From a bacterium (GTDB lineage: Bacteria > Zhuqueibacterota > Zhuqueibacteria > Residuimicrobiales > Krinioviventaceae), in contig CAXXFV010000023.1 in NCBI GenBank assembly GCA_963674595.2, forward strand, positions 448,001-512,000: a stretch of DNA of 64,000 nt. Reading direction: 5' to 3'. A program made the translations under genes and the position numbers. Positions 59,923-64,000 of this stretch are shown piece by piece. The notes under the pieces are model-generated. The model saw nothing but the letters and a program-made list of their open reading frames with translations. It searched no databases and was not told where the DNA came from. Positions within the stretch are counted from its first letter, which is position 1. Every line of letters starts with the position of its first letter.

Positions 59923-62505
59923 TTGAAAATGAAACCAAAGCAAAACACAATCCTATTATTTTTAATTTTTATTATTTGTTCGTTTTTGACAATTACTCCG
60001 TTAAATAAATCGGTCAAAAATGCTGCAACAGATATGCTTGTAAAAACCCGGGGCGATCAACATGTTAATCCCAATCTTTTGTTTGTATATATCGGCCAGG
60101 AAGATATTCAGGCTTTAAACGGTTGGCCTATAACAAGAGATTATTATGCTTATATTACACATATTTTAAAAACATCGGGTGTCCGTGTTATTGCTTTTGA
60201 TCTGTTGTTTGATACACCCGATAAACGTTATCCCGAATATGATGCAGATTTTGCCGAATTTTTACAGTCTGATGTAAATATCGCATTACCCATGGTTTAT
60301 TCTGATTTTCAATTATCTGATACGGACACGACAGGGGAATTCATTCAGGGGCAAAATCCCCGGTATCCCGTTGCTGAATTTAAAAATCATGCTGATGCAT
60401 TGGGATTCAGTAATCTGGGAGATGAAACGATCGTTCGTTCGGTTCCGGTTACGGCCCTGTTTGAAAATAAACCGGTGTTCTCATTCGGCCTGGAACTGGC
60501 CCGACTTTATTTGTCGGTGCCTGAAGAGCAGATTAACGTTACCAAAAAATCAATCCTTATGAACAGGGATGGGCAGGAGCTGATTAAAGTGCCCATTGAT
60601 AAACATGGGCAGCTTTGTCTTTATCATTTGGGTAATATTTCCTCTGTAAACAGCATCGGATTTGTGGATTTATTGACAACTTTGCAAAACAATCCGGATT
60701 CTTTAAATCTGTCGGATAAATTGGTCTATATTGCCGTTACATCACCGGGACTGGCGCCGTTAAAAGTCACTCCTTTTTCATCAGCTTTTCCGGCCTCTTT
60801 GCTGCACCTGACGGTTGCTGAAAATATTATAGGTAAAAAGTTTATCAAACACCTATCCGTATGGCCGGATATTTTGATATGTTTTTTAATATTTATTGGA
60901 GTGGTTTTTTTTAGTCGTGATTATAAAAGAACGATCATCACCGCCGGTGTTTTTTTCATAATTTATCTTATCCTGGTTTATTTGCTATTTAGAACCATGT
61001 TGGTTGTGCTGCCTGTTTTCTGGCCGCTGACAAGTCTGGTTTTGTCCTTGGCGGCCATCGGGTTGTTAAAAATACGGCAACGTCAAAAAAAGGACATGGC
61101 CCGTAAAAATATTTTAAGGGGACGAATCACAGAAAAGGAAAAAGAACTTTTCTTTGCTCAGCAAAAGTATGATGAGATTTTTAACCAGTTGAACGCGGAA
61201 AAGCTTGAAAAACAAACTATTTCCGAAAAGGCACAACAACAATTGGAACAGAAACAAAAAGACATTCTGTTATTGAAAAACCAACTGGACGACCTTTATG
61301 TTTATGAAACAACCAAATCCGAATCTGAAAAGGTTGTAAACTCGGAAATTGTGCATACCGATAAAAGTCCGTTGGTTCATATTTTAAATATGATTAAAAA
61401 GATAAGTGCCGATGATATTCCTGTTTTAATTTTAGGCGAGACCGGCAGCGGTAAAGAACTTGTGGCAAGGTGCATTCATCAAAACAGTCATCGAAACGAT
61501 AAACAATTTATCGCTGTTAATTGCGGCGCTTTATCCGAAACGCTTTTGGAGAGCGAGCTTTTCGGACATGAGAAAGGAAGTTTTACCGGCGCCCAAGCTC
61601 AGCGACGCGGCCGGTTTGAACTGGCGGATGGTGGTACTTTATTTTTGGATGAAGTGACGGAAACTTCTTCGGCCTTTCAGGCGAAATTGCTGCGTGTCCT
61701 TCAGGAGGGCACATTTGAACGTTTGGGCAGCGAAAAAACGCTTAAAGTCGATGTCCGGATTATTGCGGCAACAGGCAGAAATATTCAGGATGAAATTGCC
61801 GCTGAAAGGTTCCGTATGGACCTGTATTACAGATTGAACGGATTCCCAGTTCAGCTTCCGCCGTTACGGGACCGGAAAATGGACATCCCCGCACTTGTGG
61901 AACATTTTCTGTTTAAATATACCAATGACAAATCATTCTCTTTTTCTGAACAGATCATAAAACAATTGTCGGCTTATTCTTTTCCCGGAAATGTTCGTGA
62001 ACTTGAGAATATCGTCCGGCATGCAGCTTTACTGGCAAAGAGCGAAGGCCGTCATTTGCTTCAGAGCAGGGATTTGCCACAGGATATATTAAAAAATCAC
62101 ACGCCGACCGGTTATGTGGAACTGGAAGACCAAATTCTGGAATCTCTTCGAACTCTTGAATTTTCTCATTCCGCCATCAGCAAAACAGCAAAAGCACTGG
62201 GGAACCGGGACAGAGGAACCATTACAGAGTATTTTAAAGGTATTTGTTTTAAATACTATTATGAAAATGACTTTGATCAGGACAAAGCAGCCCGGATCAT
62301 TGCCGGTTCCGCAGAAACCCAAATTGTTCAAAAGGTAACGTCTAAACTAAAAGAGTATTTGAAAAATTTATCATTGCCATCCCGGGAATTATCTGAAACA
62401 GATTTTCAAAATTTACCCCAGTTGAAAGGATTGCCGCAAAAATACCACGAATATGCGATAGAAATTATAAAATATTTTTTAAATAAAGAAAATGATGATT
62501 TTTAA
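59923..62505 (+). CDS. Membrane-anchored CHASE2-domain sigma54-dependent transcriptional activator
   Basis: N-terminal TM, CHASE2 motifs (WP.TR..YA, IAFDLLF, D..FA), 3 TM helices, coiled coil, AAA+ domain (GETGSGKE, ESELFGHEKGSFTGA, LFLDEV, RMDLYYRL, FPGNVREL) and an atypical HTH C-terminus. Confidence 0.85.
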   Translation: MKMKPKQNTILLFLIFIICSFLTITPLNKSVKNAATDMLVKTRGDQHVNPNLLFVYIGQEDIQALNGWPITRDYYAYITHILKTSGVRVIAFDLLFDTPDKRYPEYDADFAEFLQSDVNIALPMVYSDFQLSDTDTTGEFIQGQNPRYPVAEFKNHADALGFSNLGDETIVRSVPVTALFENKPVFSFGLELARLYLSVPEEQINVTKKSILMNRDGQELIKVPIDKHGQLCLYHLGNISSVNSIGFVDLLTTLQNNPDSLNLSDKLVYIAVTSPGLAPLKVTPFSSAFPASLLHLTVAENIIGKKFIKHLSVWPDILICFLIFIGVVFFSRDYKRTIITAGVFFIIYLILVYLLFRTMLVVLPVFWPLTSLVLSLAAIGLLKIRQRQKKDMARKNILRGRITEKEKELFFAQQKYDEIFNQLNAEKLEKQTISEKAQQQLEQKQKDILLLKNQLDDLYVYETTKSESEKVVNSEIVHTDKSPLVHILNMIKKISADDIPVLILGETGSGKELVARCIHQNSHRNDKQFIAVNCGALSETLLESELFGHEKGSFTGAQAQRRGRFELADGGTLFLDEVTETSSAFQAKLLRVLQEGTFERLGSEKTLKVDVRIIAATGRNIQDEIAAERFRMDLYYRLNGFPVQLPPLRDRKMDIPALVEHFLFKYTNDKSFSFSEQIIKQLSAYSFPGNVRELENIVRHAALLAKSEGRHLLQSRDLPQDILKNHTPTGYVELEDQILESLRTLEFSHSAISKTAKALGNRDRGTITEYFKGICFKYYYENDFDQDKAARIIAGSAETQIVQKVTSKLKEYLKNLSLPSRELSETDFQNLPQLKGLPQKYHEYAIEIIKYFLNKENDDF

Positions 62506-62530
62506 ATGCGGAATTTTTCCGCATTTTTTT
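62504..62530 (+). terminator. Inverted repeat with T-run (terminator and/or activator binding site)
   Basis: AAATGCGGAA-ttt-TTCCGCATTT followed by Ts. The half-site TTTTCCGCA repeats about 20 nt downstream. Confidence 0.55.
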
Positions 62531-62609
62531 GTTTTTCCGCACTTGTGATTTAGTTTTGACGATATTGTAACTTATTTAAAAATAATACGTAAAATAATTT
62601 TTTCAAATG

Positions 62610-62624
62610 TGGCATTGTTGTTGC
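62610..62624 (+). promoter_or_regulatory. Sigma54 (-24/-12) promoter
   Basis: TGGCATTGTTGTTGC: GG and GC separated by exactly 10 nt, 42 nt upstream of ATG 62667. Confidence 0.8.
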
Positions 62625-62666
62625 GGAACGGAAAGTAAATTGTTAAAATTTACAAAGGAGTTTAAA

Positions 62667-63317
62667 ATGTTTCGCAAAACAATATTTTCAAGTTTAATAA
62701 TTATATTTGCAGTTATGAATTCATTTGCTGATACAAATTTAAAAGATCGTTCGTCCGGTGTTGGTTTTAGGGCTTCTTATTGGTCCGGTTACAATGACCA
62801 GTCCGATTATACTGTTATTCACAAGGACGGCAGATCACATGTGGATATCGGCGGCGGCGGCGGCTGGTTGTCCTTCTTTTCCCGCATGAGCGAAAATGAT
62901 GTTCTTGAATTAAGTTTGGGCGCCCTGGGCAATGCTGAAACCAAAACTACTTATTATTACGGTGAAGACACCGATGTGAATGTTGTTGCCGCTGTAACAT
63001 TGGGTATTCGGCATGAGTTTTATTCTTTTTATCATAATAAAGCCATGGTCCCATACGTTACAGTAGGTGGCGGTCCCTATTGGGTCAGTGATATTTTAGT
63101 CAAGGACCGTGATTTTGATTATGATGATGAAGTTTTGGTACATACCAAGCTGCGTGCGGGAATGTATGCCGGTGCAGGCATGAATTTTATGCTCAGCAGT
63201 TGGTTCGGACTTGATTTTGACCTGCGCTATCATTTGATTAATTTTGACGTGAATAATGATTATAGCGGCTGGGAAACCGGATTAGGTTTTAATTTTTATT
63301 GGGGTTCATTTAATTAA
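62667..63317 (+). CDS. Small outer-membrane beta-barrel protein (OmpW/OmpA-like)
   Basis: ATG 62667 follows AAGGAG. Signal peptide, amphipathic strands, PYVTVGGG, and terminal GLGFNFYW. Confidence 0.7.
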   Translation: MFRKTIFSSLIIIFAVMNSFADTNLKDRSSGVGFRASYWSGYNDQSDYTVIHKDGRSHVDIGGGGGWLSFFSRMSENDVLELSLGALGNAETKTTYYYGEDTDVNVVAAVTLGIRHEFYSFYHNKAMVPYVTVGGGPYWVSDILVKDRDFDYDDEVLVHTKLRAGMYAGAGMNFMLSSWFGLDFDLRYHLINFDVNNDYSGWETGLGFNFYWGSFN

Positions 63318-63338
63318 TTAAACGAAACGAGAGAGTAA

Positions 63339-64000
63339 ATGAAAGTATATATGTTGATGATTGTTATGTTTATGTTTGCAGCAGGTAAAAATACTCAACT
63401 ATTTGCCCAGGGCATGGTTCGGTCAACCGGTATTGGTGTCCGCGGAGGTTTTTGGGATGTCAGCGGTCAGTCAACACGTATTAATGTAAACTCTGATAAT
63501 GATAATCAACATGTACAGGTGAACGGCGCAGGGGGAGAGCTGTTCTTTTTTTCACGGGCGGCTAATAATTTGTTTTTTGAATTGAGTATTGGTGGTGCGG
63601 CAAATGTCGATGCCATTGGTTCGGAAAATGATGATGAACAAGATGTAGATGTGGAAACGATTATTCCGTTTCTATTAGGACTTCGGTATGACTTTTTGTC
63701 TTCTTACTTGTCCGGTTCTTTTCATCCCTATATTATCGGTGCTGCCGGGCCATATTGGTCTACATCTGTAAATTCAAAAACAACAACCGAAGGCACAACA
63801 GATTCGGAAGTTGCAACCGGACAGGCTTTTGGCGGATGTTTGGGTGGTGGTGTGAATATTATTCTATCCAGTTGGTTTGCTTTAAATTTTGATACACGAT
63901 ACCATTTTGTTGATATGAAATCCGACTATGATTATACCGGAATGCAGTTTGCCTTGGGTTGTTCATTTATGTGGGGTAAAAAACGAGAAGCCATCAAAGT
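63339..64000 (+). CDS. Outer-membrane beta-barrel protein, paralog of the upstream gene (3' truncated, absent from the ORF track)
   Basis: Manual translation: MKVYMLMIVMFMFAAG...RSTGIGVRGGFW...FFFSR...LLGLRYDF...PYIIGAAGPYW...SSWFALNFDTRYH...LGCSFMWGKKREAIK. No stop before the window end. Confidence 0.75.
   Translation, partial: MKVYMLMIVMFMFAAGKNTQLFAQGMVRSTGIGVRGGFWDVSGQSTRINVNSDNDNQHVQVNGAGGELFFFSRAANNLFFELSIGGAANVDAIGSENDDEQDVDVETIIPFLLGLRYDFLSSYLSGSFHPYIIGAAGPYWSTSVNSKTTTEGTTDSEVATGQAFGGCLGGGVNIILSSWFALNFDTRYHFVDMKSDYDYTGMQFALGCSFMWGKKREAIK

Overview
Gene-dense, AT-rich bacterial chromosomal window with about 50 CDS. I recognised no rRNA, tRNA, CRISPR array, integrase or transposase. 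Three secreted proteins carry NYPNPF-type (T9SS/FlgD-like) C-terminal domains, and there are TonB-dependent, Omp85 and DUF1080 genes. This points to a diderm FCB-associated lineage such as KSB1 or Calditrichota (inference only). Core and metabolic genes include rlmD, fabL, manA, tkt, galK, mntP, a GH1 glycosidase with a GPH symporter, and several peptidases. A patchy accessory block spans about 41.6-53.2 kb. The most notable items are: (1) a membrane-anchored CHASE2/sigma54-activator fusion directly upstream of a canonical -24/-12 promoter driving tandem paralogous outer-membrane beta-barrel genes; (2) an operon of an NHL propeller, a 1140-aa SprA-like outer-membrane protein, a methyltransferase and an Omp85 paralog; (3) an ECF sigma/anti-sigma/Spy module whose promoter motif (GCAAG-N16-CGTCT) occurs twice and links it to a DUF1566-arylsulfotransferase fusion; (4) an AT-rich beta-propeller gene bracketed by two decayed PLDc_N gene copies; (5) a tandem pair of Cys-rich V4R-like proteins in an aldolase/SDR operon; (6) several eukaryote-like sugar enzymes. 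All family calls come from reading motifs by eye; no searches were run.
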